Source: Acidimicrobiaceae bacterium (GTDB lineage: Bacteria; Actinomycetota; Acidimicrobiia; Acidimicrobiales; UBA8592). From it: a DNA stretch of 24,000 bases. Positions 1 through 9,325 of the stretch are shown here, in pieces; positions within the stretch are counted from its first letter, which is position 1; every line of letters begins with the position of its first letter. Position numbers and translations under genes: made by a program. The stretch lies in the NCBI GenBank assembly GCA_024641655.1, contig JAHECR010000030.1, forward strand, positions 1-24,000, written 5' to 3'. A model generated the notes under the pieces. It made no database searches and had not been told where the DNA came from. It saw nothing but the letters and a program-made list of their open reading frames with translations.

Positions 1-225
1 GAAGTTGCGGTGGTCGCCGCTCCCCATGAACGCCTGGGCGAACAGCCGGCCGCCTTCGTGCTCGCATCGGACCCGGTGGAACCCGAGGAGCTCGCCGCGT
101 TTCTCGACGGCATGGGCATGGCGCCGCAGAAGATTCCCCGGGTCTGGCGTTTCGTCGACGAGCTTCCCCGCACGGCGTCGGGCAAGGTCATCAAGGGCGA
201 CCTCGAGTCGTCGCTGCAGCAGTGA
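1..225 (+). CDS. Acyl-CoA synthetase / AMP-dependent ligase, C-terminal fragment (5' end lies outside the window)
   Basis: Frame 1 is open from the window edge to the TGA at 223-225. The translation ...IPRVWRFVDELPRTASGKVIKGDL carries the conserved C-terminal small-domain motif (P-R-T-x-SGK-x-x-K) of adenylate-forming enzymes. Confidence 0.8.
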   Translation, partial: EVAVVAAPHERLGEQPAAFVLASDPVEPEELAAFLDGMGMAPQKIPRVWRFVDELPRTASGKVIKGDLESSLQQ

Positions 226-243
226 GCCGACAGGAGCCTCACC

Positions 244-1796
244 GTGCGACTCCATGATCACCTCTTCACTCGCGCCGGGCTGCATCCGGATCAGGAGCTG
301 ACGATCCTCGGGGACGATCGCGTCACCTATGGCGAGGGGGCCGCGCATGCGTCCCGGCTGGCTGGAGCGATGGCCGCTCGGGGTCTGCCCAGTGGCGCAC
401 GGGTCGCCTAACTCTCGAAGAACTCCATCGAGTTCGGGCTGTTCTACTTCGCGGCGTCTGCCGCCGGCGTCGTGCCCGTGCCCCTCAACTGCCGGCTCGT
501 GCCCCGCGAGTGGGAGTACATCGTTGGTGACTCAGGCGCCCAGGCGGTATTCGCTCAGCGGGCGTTTGCCGATGGGATCGACTCGATCCGTGACCGGCTG
601 GCCGGTGTTCGACACTTCGTCTCGCTCGACTTCGAACGCGACGGCTGGGAGCCCCTGGGCGAGTGGCTCGACACCGAGCCCATCGGCGAGGCGACCATGC
701 ACCAGCGGGCATGCCCGGACGTCTACCAGATGTACACGAGCGGGACGACGGGCCGGCCCAAAGGCGTCGTCGTCAGCCAGGACTCGCTGCTTTGTGTGCT
801 GGCGCAGTGGCGGCTGGCGCTCGAGATACGCCCACGCGAGCGGGCCCTGGTCGTCGCGCCGATCTACCACGCTGCCGGTGCGCTGGTCACGATCCACACG
901 GTTGCGAGCGGAGGGGCGACCTACGTCATGGTCGACTTCGAGGCTCGCGAGGCGGCGCGGGTGCTCGACGAGGAGGGGATCGGGTTCGCGATGCTCGTGC
1001 CGGCAATGATCCAGGCCGTGGTCAGCGACGTGCCCGACGCCGGCGACCGCGCCTATCGCGACCTTCGAGGCATCCTCTACGGAGCTGCGCCGATTGCCGA
1101 GGCGACGTTGCGCAAGGCGCTCGACATCTTCAGCTGCGACTTCGTTCAGGCCTTCGGGATGACGGAGCTGCCCAACCTCACCTACTTAGGCGCGGCCGAT
1201 CACGAGCGGGCCCTCGCCGGTCGGCCCGACCTGTTGTTGTCGGCAGGTCGAGTCGGGCCGGGTGCCTCGATCGAGATCCGCGACGAGCATGACCGCCCGG
1301 TCGCAGCGGGCGTGGTCGGGGAGATCTGCGGGCGTGGGGGCCAGGTGATGTCGCGGTACTGGAACCTGCCCGACGCGACGGCCGGCGCGCTGAGGGGCGG
1401 TTGGATGCACACCGGTGACGCCGGCTATCTCGACGAGGAGGGGTACCTCTACATCAAGGACCGGATCAAGGACATGATCTCGACCGGGGCCGAGAACGTC
1501 TACCCCCGTGAGGTCGAGGACGTGTTGTTCGAACACCGGCCGTGGCCGACGTAGCGGTGATCGGCGTGCCGAGCGAGCGATGGGGCGAGACGGTTCATGC
1601 CGTGGTCGTTCTCAAGACTGGGCAGCCGGCGACCGCCGAGGAGCTGATGGCGTTCTGTGTTGACAAGGTGGCCGGGTTCAAGCGGCCGCGTTCGGTGGAG
1701 TTCGTTCCCGAGTTGCCCCGCAACCCGAGCGGCAAGGTGCTCAAGCAGGAGCTCCGCACCGCCGCCTGGGCGGGTCACGACCGCAACGTGGGTTGA
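244..1796 (+). pseudogene. Acyl-CoA synthetase (FadD-like) disrupted by an in-frame TAA (409-411) and a 1-nt frameshift near 1534-1538
   Basis: GTG at 244 is preceded by AGGAG (232-236). Frame 1 reads VRLHDHLFTRAGLHPDQELTILGDDRVTYGE...GARVA*LSKNSIEFGLFYFAA..., so the TAA sits where homologues have a sense codon. The AMP-binding motif YTSGTTGRPKGV is present. Frame 1 ends ...YPREVEDVLFEHRPWPT*, while frame 3 continues with the expected (P)AVADVAVIGVPSERWGE...PRNPSGKVLK C-terminal domain (ORF 1542-1796). One C appears to be missing from the expected 'cac ccg gcc'. Confidence 0.75.
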
Positions 1797-2010
1797 GCCT
1801 CGGCTGCCTCGGGCGGAGGGTGGGTCGGCCGACGGCGGGGCCCTGACGACGTGCACCCGGTCGTGCTTGACGAGCACGCGCAGGAGCGGAACGGTCATGG
1901 TGCCAGGCACGCGGTGTGCGGTGCGGGCGTCATTCCTCGTCGCGCCGGTCGCGCGGGCTCGGCAGGTCTGCAGGCGTTACGCTCGCCCCGTTCGCGCGAA
2001 AGGTTGCACT

Positions 2011-3657
2011 ATGCAGGTTCCTGATGTCGGTTTCACCCCGACGATTCCCGTGTTCCTCCGACGGCTTGCTGCGCAGTGGGGCGCTCGCGAGTTCATGGTC
2101 ACCCCCGAGGCGCGCCTGACCTACGCCGACGCCGAGGAGACTTCACGACGCATCGGGAAAGAGCTCGTCGCCCGCGGCTACGGCAAGCGATCCCGAGTGG
2201 GTTTCGTCTTCGGGAACACCACCGACTGGGTGCTCACCTGGTTGGCGGTGGCGCGCATCGGCGCGGTGGCCCTCCCGTTCCCGACGACCTACCGAGCCGC
2301 AGAGCTGCGCAAGGCGCTGTTGTTCGGTGACGTCGACACGCTCGTGATCGGTGCCGAGCTGTTCGGCAACGATCAGCTCGCGTTCGTCGAAGAGGCGGTG
2401 CCGGGCCTGGCCGACACGTCGGGGCCCTTGCTCCGCCTCCCGTCGACGCCCTGCCTGCGATCGGTCCTCGTCACCTCGCCGGTCGATCGCGCCTGGGCGG
2501 GCAGCATCGACCTGTCGCCGGGGCTCGGAGCCGACCACCCCGACGTCGACGAAGCGCTCACCCTTGCGCTCGAGGAACAGATCCATCCCTCGGACCCGAT
2601 GCTCGTCATCTTCACCTCCGGCACCACGGCCGACCCGAAGGGGGTGGTGCACTCCCACGGCACCTACGTCCGCCACGGTTACAACGTTGCCGATGCCAAC
2701 GACGTGCGCGCCGAGCAACGGGTCTTCGGTGGCATGCCGTTGTTCTGGATCGGAGGGGTCAGTCACACGTTGGGCCCGCTCATGCACCGCGGCAACACGT
2801 TCCTGTGCACGCCGAAGTTCGACCCCGATGCTGCCATCGCTCTGATCGAAGAGGCGGGCGCAACCGAGGTCTACATGTTCCCGAACATGGCGCACCGGCT
2901 ACGGGAGCACATCCGCCAGACCGGGCGAGACGTCGCCTCGATACCGGCGCTGGCTCCACCCCCGTCGGACGTGCCGCCGGACCGGAGGGCCTCCTCGCTC
3001 GGCATGACCGAGACCTGCGCGGCCTACATCGCCAGTGGGCCCCGAGAACACGTCGTCCCCGAGGAGTACCGCGGCGCGCACGGTTTCCCGGTGCCGATGT
3101 CGCAGTACCGCATCGTCGACCTCGAGTCAGGCGAGCCCCTCCCCGACGGTGTCGAGGGCGAGATCTGTGTGCGCGGCTACAGCCTGATGCTAGGTATGTG
3201 CAAACGCGAGCGGCACGAGATCTTCGACGACGATGGCTGGTATCACACGGGGGACAAGGGTTATCTCGCCGGCGGGTACATCTTCTTCACCGGGAGGGCC
3301 AAGGACCTCATCAAGACCGCTGGGGCCAACGTCGCCCCGCGTGAGGTGGAGGTGCTCTTCGATTCCTATCCCGAGGTCCTCATGTCGGTCGTCGTCGGGC
3401 TGTCCGATGCCGACCGTGGCGAGATCGTTGCGGTGGCGCTCGTTCCCGCGGCCGGGGTGACGATCGACCCGGTCGACCTCATCACGCGCGCCAATCACGA
3501 TCTGTCGTCGTACAAGGTGCCGCGCCGGGTGCTGATCGTCGACGAACCCGCGGTTCCCTATCTCGCGACCGGGAAACCCGACCGCCAGGCGCTCGCGCAG
3601 CGGCTCGCCTCGGAGGGCGTCGCCGTCGCGCCGGTGCGGACGAGCGGTCAGTTGTAG
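2011..3657 (+). CDS. Acyl-CoA synthetase / AMP-dependent synthetase-ligase (intact paralogue)
   Basis: ATG at 2011 (MQVPDVGFTPTIP...) lies inside the longer ORF 1657-3657. Motifs: FTSGTTADPKGVVHSH (AMP-binding), WYHTGDKGY, GRAKDLIKTAGANVAPREVE, and a C-terminal YKVPRR...TGKPDR. The upstream 118 codons of the ORF look like non-coding read-through. Confidence 0.85.
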   Translation: MQVPDVGFTPTIPVFLRRLAAQWGAREFMVTPEARLTYADAEETSRRIGKELVARGYGKRSRVGFVFGNTTDWVLTWLAVARIGAVALPFPTTYRAAELRKALLFGDVDTLVIGAELFGNDQLAFVEEAVPGLADTSGPLLRLPSTPCLRSVLVTSPVDRAWAGSIDLSPGLGADHPDVDEALTLALEEQIHPSDPMLVIFTSGTTADPKGVVHSHGTYVRHGYNVADANDVRAEQRVFGGMPLFWIGGVSHTLGPLMHRGNTFLCTPKFDPDAAIALIEEAGATEVYMFPNMAHRLREHIRQTGRDVASIPALAPPPSDVPPDRRASSLGMTETCAAYIASGPREHVVPEEYRGAHGFPVPMSQYRIVDLESGEPLPDGVEGEICVRGYSLMLGMCKRERHEIFDDDGWYHTGDKGYLAGGYIFFTGRAKDLIKTAGANVAPREVEVLFDSYPEVLMSVVVGLSDADRGEIVAVALVPAAGVTIDPVDLITRANHDLSSYKVPRRVLIVDEPAVPYLATGKPDRQALAQRLASEGVAVAPVRTSGQL

Positions 3658-3682
3658 CGCACCCCGCCCGGTACGGCCGTCG

Positions 3683-4462
3683 CTACATCTTGGTGCTCGC
3701 GGCGCCGCCATCGACGAGCAGGTGGGTCCCGGTGATCTGGCCTGCGGTGCGATCCGATGCGAGGAACAGGATGGCCTCGGCGATGTCGTCGGGCCGGGCG
3801 ATCTTGCGGAGCGGTGTTTGCTCGATGAAGGTGTCCCGGACCGCGGCGTCCTCCCAGAGATGGGTGACGCGCGGGGTCATGGTCAGGCCGGGACACACGG
3901 CGTTGACCCGCACGCCTCGAGGGCCGAGCTCGACCGCGAGCGAGCGGGTGAGTGAGAGCACGCCGGCTTTGGCCGCGGCATACCACGCGATGTCGGGGGA
4001 TCCGCCGAACGCAGCGATCGACGACACGTTCACGATCGAACCACCGCCATCGACGAGCATCGGGATGCAGGCGCGACTCACGATCATCACCGAGGTGAGC
4101 GTCTGGTCGATTCCTCGTTGCCAGATCTCCAGCGGCGTTCCTTCCCGGTACGCCGTGGGCTGGCCCGCTGCGTTGACGACGACGTCGACTCCGCCGAGTC
4201 GTTCACGCAGCTCCTTCACCAGTTGCTCCACGGCCACGGGGTCGCCGACGTCCAGCACGTGTTGATGCGCCTCGAACCCCTCACCGCGTAGCTCCTCGGT
4301 CACGGTGGTGGCGTTCGTTGGATCGATGTCGGCGACCATGACCGTGGCTCCGGCTTCCGCGAAGACCCGTGCGGTGGCACGCCCGATGCCGGACCCGCCA
4401 CCGGTGACGAGCGCTCGCCTGCCGGCGAGCGGATGGAGTCGGGACGAAATGGGTGGCGTCAT
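3683..4462 (-). CDS. Short-chain dehydrogenase/reductase (SDR family, FabG-like oxidoreductase)
   Basis: Cofactor motif TGGGSGIGRA near the N-terminus, NAAG, and catalytic S...YAAAKAG (YxxxK). ATG at 4462 has GGAG 6 nt upstream. The ORF could instead begin at TTG 4480. Confidence 0.85.
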   Translation of the reverse strand: MTPPISSRLHPLAGRRALVTGGGSGIGRATARVFAEAGATVMVADIDPTNATTVTEELRGEGFEAHQHVLDVGDPVAVEQLVKELRERLGGVDVVVNAAGQPTAYREGTPLEIWQRGIDQTLTSVMIVSRACIPMLVDGGGSIVNVSSIAAFGGSPDIAWYAAAKAGVLSLTRSLAVELGPRGVRVNAVCPGLTMTPRVTHLWEDAAVRDTFIEQTPLRKIARPDDIAEAILFLASDRTAGQITGTHLLVDGGAASTKM

Positions 4463-4591
4463 CGGGGCTCCAGTGGCCAACGGCTGGCGAGGTCGATGTT
4501 CGCAGCGAGTCTACGCAACGGTCCGAAGGGCGGCAGGATGAGGGCACCAGCGCGAGACGGTGCGCTGGTTGCGGTCGATCCCCGCAGGCGT

Positions 4592-4608
4592 TTCAGCCGA
4601 TCTTCAGG
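4592..4608 (+). promoter_or_regulatory. Phased direct-repeat box TTCAGC-cgatc-TTCAGG upstream of RR1 (candidate response-regulator binding / autoregulation site)
   Basis: Two hexamers with 11-bp centre-to-centre spacing, 40 bp upstream of the RR1 GTG (4648). The same architecture recurs at five other 5' regions in this window. Confidence 0.5.
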
Positions 4609-4647
4609 CCGGCGGTGGCACCATCGAGAGTGAAGAAGGAGTCGCGT

Positions 4648-5325
4648 GTGCGCGTCCTCGTGGTCGAAGACGAGAAGAAGCTGGCGGCCTCGATCCGGCG
4701 CGGGTTGGAGGCCGACGGGTTCGCCGTCGATGTCGCGTTGACCGGCGATGACGGGTTGTGGATGGCGCGTGAGCACGACTACGACGCCGTCGTGCTCGAC
4801 ATCATGTTGCCGGGCATGAACGGGTACAAGGTGTGCGAGACGCTGCGCGAGGAGGGCAACTGGACACCGATCCTGATCCTCACGGCCAAAGACGGCGATC
4901 TCGACGAAGCCGAGGCCCTCGACACCGGCGCCGACGACTTCCTGCGCAAGCCCTTCTCGCACGTCGTCCTCGTCGCGAGATTGCGGGCCCTGCTCCGACG
5001 GGGCGCGAAGGAGCGGCCCGTCGAGCTGCGCGTCGATGATCTGGTCGTGGATCCGAACCAGCGGCGATGTTGGCGCGGCGACACCGAGATCGAGTTGACG
5101 GCGAGGGAGTTCTCCGTGCTCGAGTACCTGACTCGCAACGCTGGCTCGGTGGTGTCCAAACAGGAGATCCTCGATCACGTCTGGGACTACGACTTCGAAG
5201 GGGACCCCAACATCGTCGAGGTCTACGTTCGTCACCTCCGCAGGAAGATCGACGAGCCGTTCGATCGATCGTCGATCCAGACGGCCCGTGGGGCGGGGTA
5301 CCGGTTGACTCTCGAGCGGACATGA
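4648..5325 (+). CDS. OmpR/PhoB-family response regulator (RR1)
   Basis: GTG at 4648 is preceded by GAAGGAG (4635-4641). The receiver domain reads VRVLVVEDEKK...VLDIMLPGMNG...LTAKD...KPF. The winged-helix output domain reads ELTAREFSVLEYL...VEVYVRHLRRKID...TARGAGYRL. Its stop overlaps the HK1 start (ATGA). Confidence 0.9.
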   Translation: MRVLVVEDEKKLAASIRRGLEADGFAVDVALTGDDGLWMAREHDYDAVVLDIMLPGMNGYKVCETLREEGNWTPILILTAKDGDLDEAEALDTGADDFLRKPFSHVVLVARLRALLRRGAKERPVELRVDDLVVDPNQRRCWRGDTEIELTAREFSVLEYLTRNAGSVVSKQEILDHVWDYDFEGDPNIVEVYVRHLRRKIDEPFDRSSIQTARGAGYRLTLERT

Positions 5326-6677
5326 GCCGGCTCCGGCGGCTCGCGCCGACGTCGATGCGCGCCCGCGCAACGCTTGCTGCAACCGTGCTGTTCGCCGTAG
5401 CGCTCACCATCGCCGCGGCCGCACTCGTCGCGGTCCTTCGGAGCACCATGACCGACAACGTCGACACGACGTTGGCACTCCGCGCGACCGATATCGCCGG
5501 CCTTTTGGCAGTGGGCGCCGACCCCGCCTCGGTCGCGATCGTCGACGAGGAGGACTCCTTCGTCCAGGTGGTCGTGGGAGACGAGGTGGTGGCTTCGAGC
5601 GTCAACGTGGCGGGGGAAGGCCCGATCGTCGACCTGTTGCCGGGCGAGGTGGTCACCGAGCGGGGAGGTCCACTCGACGGAGCGTTCCGGGTGATCGAGA
5701 CGAGGGTCGAAACCCCCACCGGTCCGGCCCGCGTGATCGTGGGCAACGCGCTCGAGGACGTCGTCCGGACCGTGGAGGTCACCCTGTTGACGCTCGCGCT
5801 CGGTATGCCGGTCTTGTTGCTGCTCGCGGGGGCCATGACCTGGATTGTGGTGGGCCGGTCGCTGCGCTCGGTGGAGGCGATCCGGGCGGAGGTCGCCGAG
5901 ATCGGTGCGAGCGGCCTGCACCGCCGGGTACCGACGCCGCCCGGTGACGACGAGATCGTCCGCTTGGCGGGGACGATGAACGACATGCTGGATCGCATCG
6001 AGTCGGGCACGATGCGTCAGCGGCGGTTCGTGTCCGATGCCTCCCACGAGCTGCGGACTCCGATCGCGACCATTCGGCACGAGTTGGAGGTCGCGTTGGC
6101 GCACAGCGCCGACACCGATTGGGCGTTGATCGCGGGCGAGGTCCTCGACGAGGACCTGCGTATGCAACGCCTGGTCGACGACCTGCTGTGGCTGGCGCGT
6201 CACGACAGCGAGGGTCCACGCCTCCGGGCGACCCTGGTCGACCTCGACGAGGTCGTGTTGCTGCAACTTCGCCGCCAACCGCCACGCCCGGGCGTTTCGA
6301 TCGACGCCAAGGGAGTCAGCGCCGGGCAGGTCCGTGGTCGGGCCGACGATCTGACCCGGGTGGTGCAGAACCTGCTGGACAACGCGATACGTCACGCATC
6401 GGGCCACGTCGTCGTCGGGGTGCGCAGTGAGGGTGGTGCGGTGCAGTTCCACGTCGACGACGACGGCCCGGGCGTCGACCCCGAACTGCGTGCGTCGATC
6501 TTCGAGCGGTTCACGCGCAGCGACGAAGCACGCGACCGGGATCACGGCGGCGCCGGCTTGGGATTGTCGATCGTCGCGGAGATCGTCGACGAACATGGAG
6601 GAGCGGTGACCGTCGGTGAGTCGCCGCTCGGTGGCGCACGCTTCACGGTTGACCTGCCCGACGCCCGGCGCGACTGA
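5322..6677 (+). CDS. Sensor histidine kinase (HK1): two TM segments, HAMP, HisKA, HATPase_c
   Basis: ATG at 5322 overlaps the RR1 stop. There is an N-terminal TM helix (ATLAATVLFAVALTIAAAALVAVL) and a second TM (LALGMPVLLLLAGAMTWIVV). H-box is FVSDASHELRTPIA. N/G boxes are NLLDNAIRH and DDDGPGV...GGAGLGLSIV. Confidence 0.9.
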   Translation: MSRLRRLAPTSMRARATLAATVLFAVALTIAAAALVAVLRSTMTDNVDTTLALRATDIAGLLAVGADPASVAIVDEEDSFVQVVVGDEVVASSVNVAGEGPIVDLLPGEVVTERGGPLDGAFRVIETRVETPTGPARVIVGNALEDVVRTVEVTLLTLALGMPVLLLLAGAMTWIVVGRSLRSVEAIRAEVAEIGASGLHRRVPTPPGDDEIVRLAGTMNDMLDRIESGTMRQRRFVSDASHELRTPIATIRHELEVALAHSADTDWALIAGEVLDEDLRMQRLVDDLLWLARHDSEGPRLRATLVDLDEVVLLQLRRQPPRPGVSIDAKGVSAGQVRGRADDLTRVVQNLLDNAIRHASGHVVVGVRSEGGAVQFHVDDDGPGVDPELRASIFERFTRSDEARDRDHGGAGLGLSIVAEIVDEHGGAVTVGESPLGGARFTVDLPDARRD

Positions 6678-6702
6678 CCGGCGACCGCGTGCGTCGGTGG
6701 GC

Positions 6703-7689
6703 TCAGCCGAGCGCGCCGAGCGCCAGCGCGATGGCAACGAGCACACCGGCGCCGATCCGGTACCAGCCGAAGATCGCGAGGCCCCGTTCGGCCAGCCACG
6801 CGATCATCCACCGGACCGCGGCGAGCGCGCTGAGGAAGGCCACCACGAGGCCGATCCCCGGGGTCACCCATCCGAAGGTGGCGACCAGGTCCGACCCACT
6901 CTTGAGGGCCTCGTACCCCGTCGCCGCGCCGAGGGTTGCCAGGCCGAGCAGGAAGCTGAACTCGACTGCGGCCGGCAGCGAGACGCCGAGCAGGACCGCA
7001 GCGACGATCGTGACGAGACTGCGGCTCACCCCGGGCCAGAGCGACAGTGCCTGGGCTACGCCGACGAGCGCGGCCGTACGGACGCCGATCTCGTCGAGCC
7101 CGATGCCGTCATGGTGAAGCCTGCCCGCGCGGGTGAGCAGCAGGATGCCCACCCCGCCCACGACCCATGCCGCCGCGACCGGTCCCGGACCGAACAACCG
7201 ACTCCGGATGGCGTTCTCGAAGACGAGTGCCAGCGCGGCGGTGGGAACGAACGCGGCGAGCAAGGTCTGCAGGAGGTGTCGCCCAACGGCATCGCGCCCG
7301 ACGAGGCCCGCCAGCATCTGCACCAGACGGGCCCGGTAGAGCACCGCCACGGCAGCGATTGCGCCGGCCTGGATGCAGATCGCGTACGTGTCCAGCGCAT
7401 CGTCGGACTGGGTGGTGCCGCCGAGCCGGAGGATTCGTTCGGCGACGAGGAGGTGCCCCGTCGAGCTGACGGGTAGGTACTCCGTCATTCCTTCGACGAC
7501 GCCGAGCACGGATGCCGCGAGGGCCGACAGCGATCCTGGCTCTGCGGTGAAGCGCGCTACCGCGGTGATGGCGACCAGCGCCGCAGCAGCGCACGTGCCG
7601 ATGATCGCGACCTCCGTCGCCGAGAAGGCACTCGGAGCGCGCAGGTTTGCGGTGCCGGGGTCTCCCGGCGGGGTGGTGGTGCGGCTCAT
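6703..7689 (-). CDS. uppP: Undecaprenyl-diphosphate phosphatase (BacA/UppP family)
   Basis: The signature VEGMTEYLPVSSTGHL is followed by a polytopic hydrophobic protein. The ATG at 7689 overlaps the stop of the upstream gene (ATGA). The roughly 50-aa N-terminal extension relative to typical BacA makes the exact start uncertain. Confidence 0.85.
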   Translation of the reverse strand: MSRTTTPPGDPGTANLRAPSAFSATEVAIIGTCAAAALVAITAVARFTAEPGSLSALAASVLGVVEGMTEYLPVSSTGHLLVAERILRLGGTTQSDDALDTYAICIQAGAIAAVAVLYRARLVQMLAGLVGRDAVGRHLLQTLLAAFVPTAALALVFENAIRSRLFGPGPVAAAWVVGGVGILLLTRAGRLHHDGIGLDEIGVRTAALVGVAQALSLWPGVSRSLVTIVAAVLLGVSLPAAVEFSFLLGLATLGAATGYEALKSGSDLVATFGWVTPGIGLVVAFLSALAAVRWMIAWLAERGLAIFGWYRIGAGVLVAIALALGALG

Positions 7690-8609
7690 TGGGACAGGGT
7701 CACCTCGTCGAATTGGTGGCCGTCCTGGTCGACGGCGCGGAGTTCGATGTGATCGGACCAGATGGCGACGTCGACGAAACTGCGTGTCGACACTGCCGCG
7801 GCGGTGAAGTCGGCCGTCCCGGTGTCACGGAGCTTGGCCGCAGCACCGGTCACCACATAGGTGACCCCGTTGACAGGGATCGAACGTTGGTAGTCGTGGT
7901 CGTGGCCGGCGAGGACGAGGTCAACGCCATAGCGCTCGAAGAGTGGAGCGAAGGCCTGGCGGTTCGCAAGGTCCGAGCCGTGGTACCCGGCCGAGTACGG
8001 CGGATGGTGCAGCGCGACGAACACCCAGGGCGCGGTGTTCCCCGAAAGCGTCGATTCGAGCCACGTCCGCTGCTCGGCGTTACCAGGCTGCGTCGAGTCG
8101 AGCACGATGAGCAGGAGGTCGTCGAGGCGTCGTGCATACCAGCGGCTCGGCATGCCCAGCGCAGCCGCAACCTCTTCGCCGTGTTGGCCGACGACGTCGT
8201 GGTTGCCGAGCACCGCGATCAGCTTGGTGTCACCGTCGAGCACGCCCGAGAACGGCGCGAACACCGCCCGGTCGACCTGGTTCGGGTCGCCATCGGGGTA
8301 GATGTCGTCGCCGAGCAGGAGGAGGGCGTCGAAGGCGCGTTCGCTCTCAAGGGCGTCGATGCGTGTCGCGGTCGCCCACTCGTAGGAGTCACCGGTGCCG
8401 ACGTCGCCGGCGACGGCGAGACGCAGGGTCGGACCCGGATCGTCGGCGAGCGGTCGAAGCGCAGTCGCGACCGCCGGCGTCCCCGCGTGTGAACCGAACT
8501 GCCACCGCACCCAGTGGCGGACGTCGCCGCGAAGCCCGAGCACCGCCACCGAGGCGACGACGACGACACTGGCGATCCCACCCAGGGTCCCGACGCGAGA
8601 TCGGGTCAC
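7686..8609 (-). CDS. Membrane-anchored metallophosphoesterase (calcineurin-like phosphoesterase)
   Basis: GTG at 8609 overlaps the dedA stop (GTGA). The N-terminal TM is LGGIASVVVVASVAVLG. Metallophosphoesterase motifs: AVAGDVGTG, LLLGDDIY, VLGNHD, ALHHPPY, AGHDHDYQR. Confidence 0.85.
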   Translation of the reverse strand: MTRSRVGTLGGIASVVVVASVAVLGLRGDVRHWVRWQFGSHAGTPAVATALRPLADDPGPTLRLAVAGDVGTGDSYEWATATRIDALESERAFDALLLLGDDIYPDGDPNQVDRAVFAPFSGVLDGDTKLIAVLGNHDVVGQHGEEVAAALGMPSRWYARRLDDLLLIVLDSTQPGNAEQRTWLESTLSGNTAPWVFVALHHPPYSAGYHGSDLANRQAFAPLFERYGVDLVLAGHDHDYQRSIPVNGVTYVVTGAAAKLRDTGTADFTAAAVSTRSFVDVAIWSDHIELRAVDQDGHQFDEVTLSQ

Positions 8610-9325
8610 TTCGGTACCGACGGCTGCCGGTCCCGGGACCGCCCGTGACGACGAGCGGCGCGGACCCCGAACCAGGCGACGAAGGCCGCAGCACCCGACA
8701 GGAGCGCGAGGTTGATCCAGTGGCTGACGGTCGCAGTGGCGCCGTAGCGGTCGCCGAGCCACCACCCTGCCGATAACAGCAGGCCGTTCCAGAGCGCGGA
8801 ACCCGCCGCGGTGAGCGCAACGAAGCGTGCCATGGGCATGCGTTGGGCGCCGGCGGGGATCGAGACCAGGCTGCGTACGCCGGGAACGAGTCGTCCCCAG
8901 AAGACGGCCGGCTGCTGCCAGCGACCGAAGACGCGCCAGGCTCGCGCCACGCCTGCCGGCTCGAGGAGCGGCAGGCGCGTAGCGATCAGCCCGATCCGTT
9001 CTTCGCCGAGGGCGGCTCCGGCCCAATACAGACACAGGGCGCCGATGACGCTGCCGACGGTCGCCCAGACGAACGTGGGCCAGAACCCGAGCTCGCCGAG
9101 GCCGGCCAGGTAACCGGCGGCCGGCAGGACCGCCTCGCTGGGAATCGGCGGGAAGATCGTCTCGATCGCAATGATGAGCCCGACCCCCGCAGCGCCGAGT
9201 GCATCGATCAGCGACGCCATCCACCCCGCCACCCCGTCGAGTTGCGCCCCACTGGTGGCAGCGAGAAGGGGGAGAGGGGCCACGAGTGCAGTGTCGGTCA
9301 GCGGAGCTGAAGAGACGCTGAACAT
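8606..9325 (-). CDS. dedA: DedA/SNARE-associated family membrane protein
   Basis: DedA core is ...AGVGLIIAIETIFPPIPSEAVLPAAGYLAG...GRLVPGVRSLVSIPAG. A strong GGAGGA lies 7-10 nt upstream of the adjacent TTG (9328) and ATG (9325). The first ~36 codons have a visibly lower third-position GC, so an internal ATG at 9220 is an alternative start. Confidence 0.8.
   Translation of the reverse strand: MFSVSSAPLTDTALVAPLPLLAATSGAQLDGVAGWMASLIDALGAAGVGLIIAIETIFPPIPSEAVLPAAGYLAGLGELGFWPTFVWATVGSVIGALCLYWAGAALGEERIGLIATRLPLLEPAGVARAWRVFGRWQQPAVFWGRLVPGVRSLVSIPAGAQRMPMARFVALTAAGSALWNGLLLSAGWWLGDRYGATATVSHWINLALLSGAAAFVAWFGVRAARRHGRSRDRQPSVPK
9305..9321 (-). promoter_or_regulatory. Phased direct-repeat box TTCAGC-gtctc-TTCAGC at the 5' end of dedA
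   Basis: On the minus strand, ATG-TTCAGCgtctcTTCAGC-tcc has 11-bp spacing. It overlaps codons 2-7 if dedA starts at 9325, or lies about 85 bp upstream if dedA starts at 9220. Confidence 0.4.

Noticed and set aside
1129-1150. TTCAGC and TTCAGG hexamers inside the acyl-CoA synthetase pseudogene
   Set aside because: The spacing is 16 bp, not 10-11. They lie deep inside coding sequence (IFSCDFVQAF) with no downstream gene start, so this is probably chance.
1530-1545. Programmed ribosomal frameshift as an explanation for the split acyl-CoA synthetase
   Set aside because: No slippery heptamer or obvious downstream structure is present, and the gene also has an independent in-frame TAA at 409-411. 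A pseudogene or sequence error is the simpler explanation.
1657-2010. N-terminal extensions offered by the ORF track: 1657-2010 for the acyl-CoA synthetase, 19050-19454 for the ABC ATPase, 22715-23443 for the AKR, 5067-5321 for HK1 and 4453-4647 for RR1
   Set aside because: In each case the conserved domain begins at an internal ATG or GTG with a Shine-Dalgarno-like sequence (or a coupled ATGA overlap). The extension is also low-complexity or overlaps a neighbouring gene.
4880-6746. Long antisense ORFs opposite RR1/HK1 (4880..6010 minus, 5232..6746 minus). The same pattern occurs elsewhere, e.g. 7647..8492 +, 12801..13898 +, 15724..16560 +, 19399..20451 +.
   Set aside because: High-GC genomes produce long stop-free antisense frames. 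These translations are R/P/G/A-rich with no recognisable motifs, while the opposite strand encodes clear domain-containing proteins.
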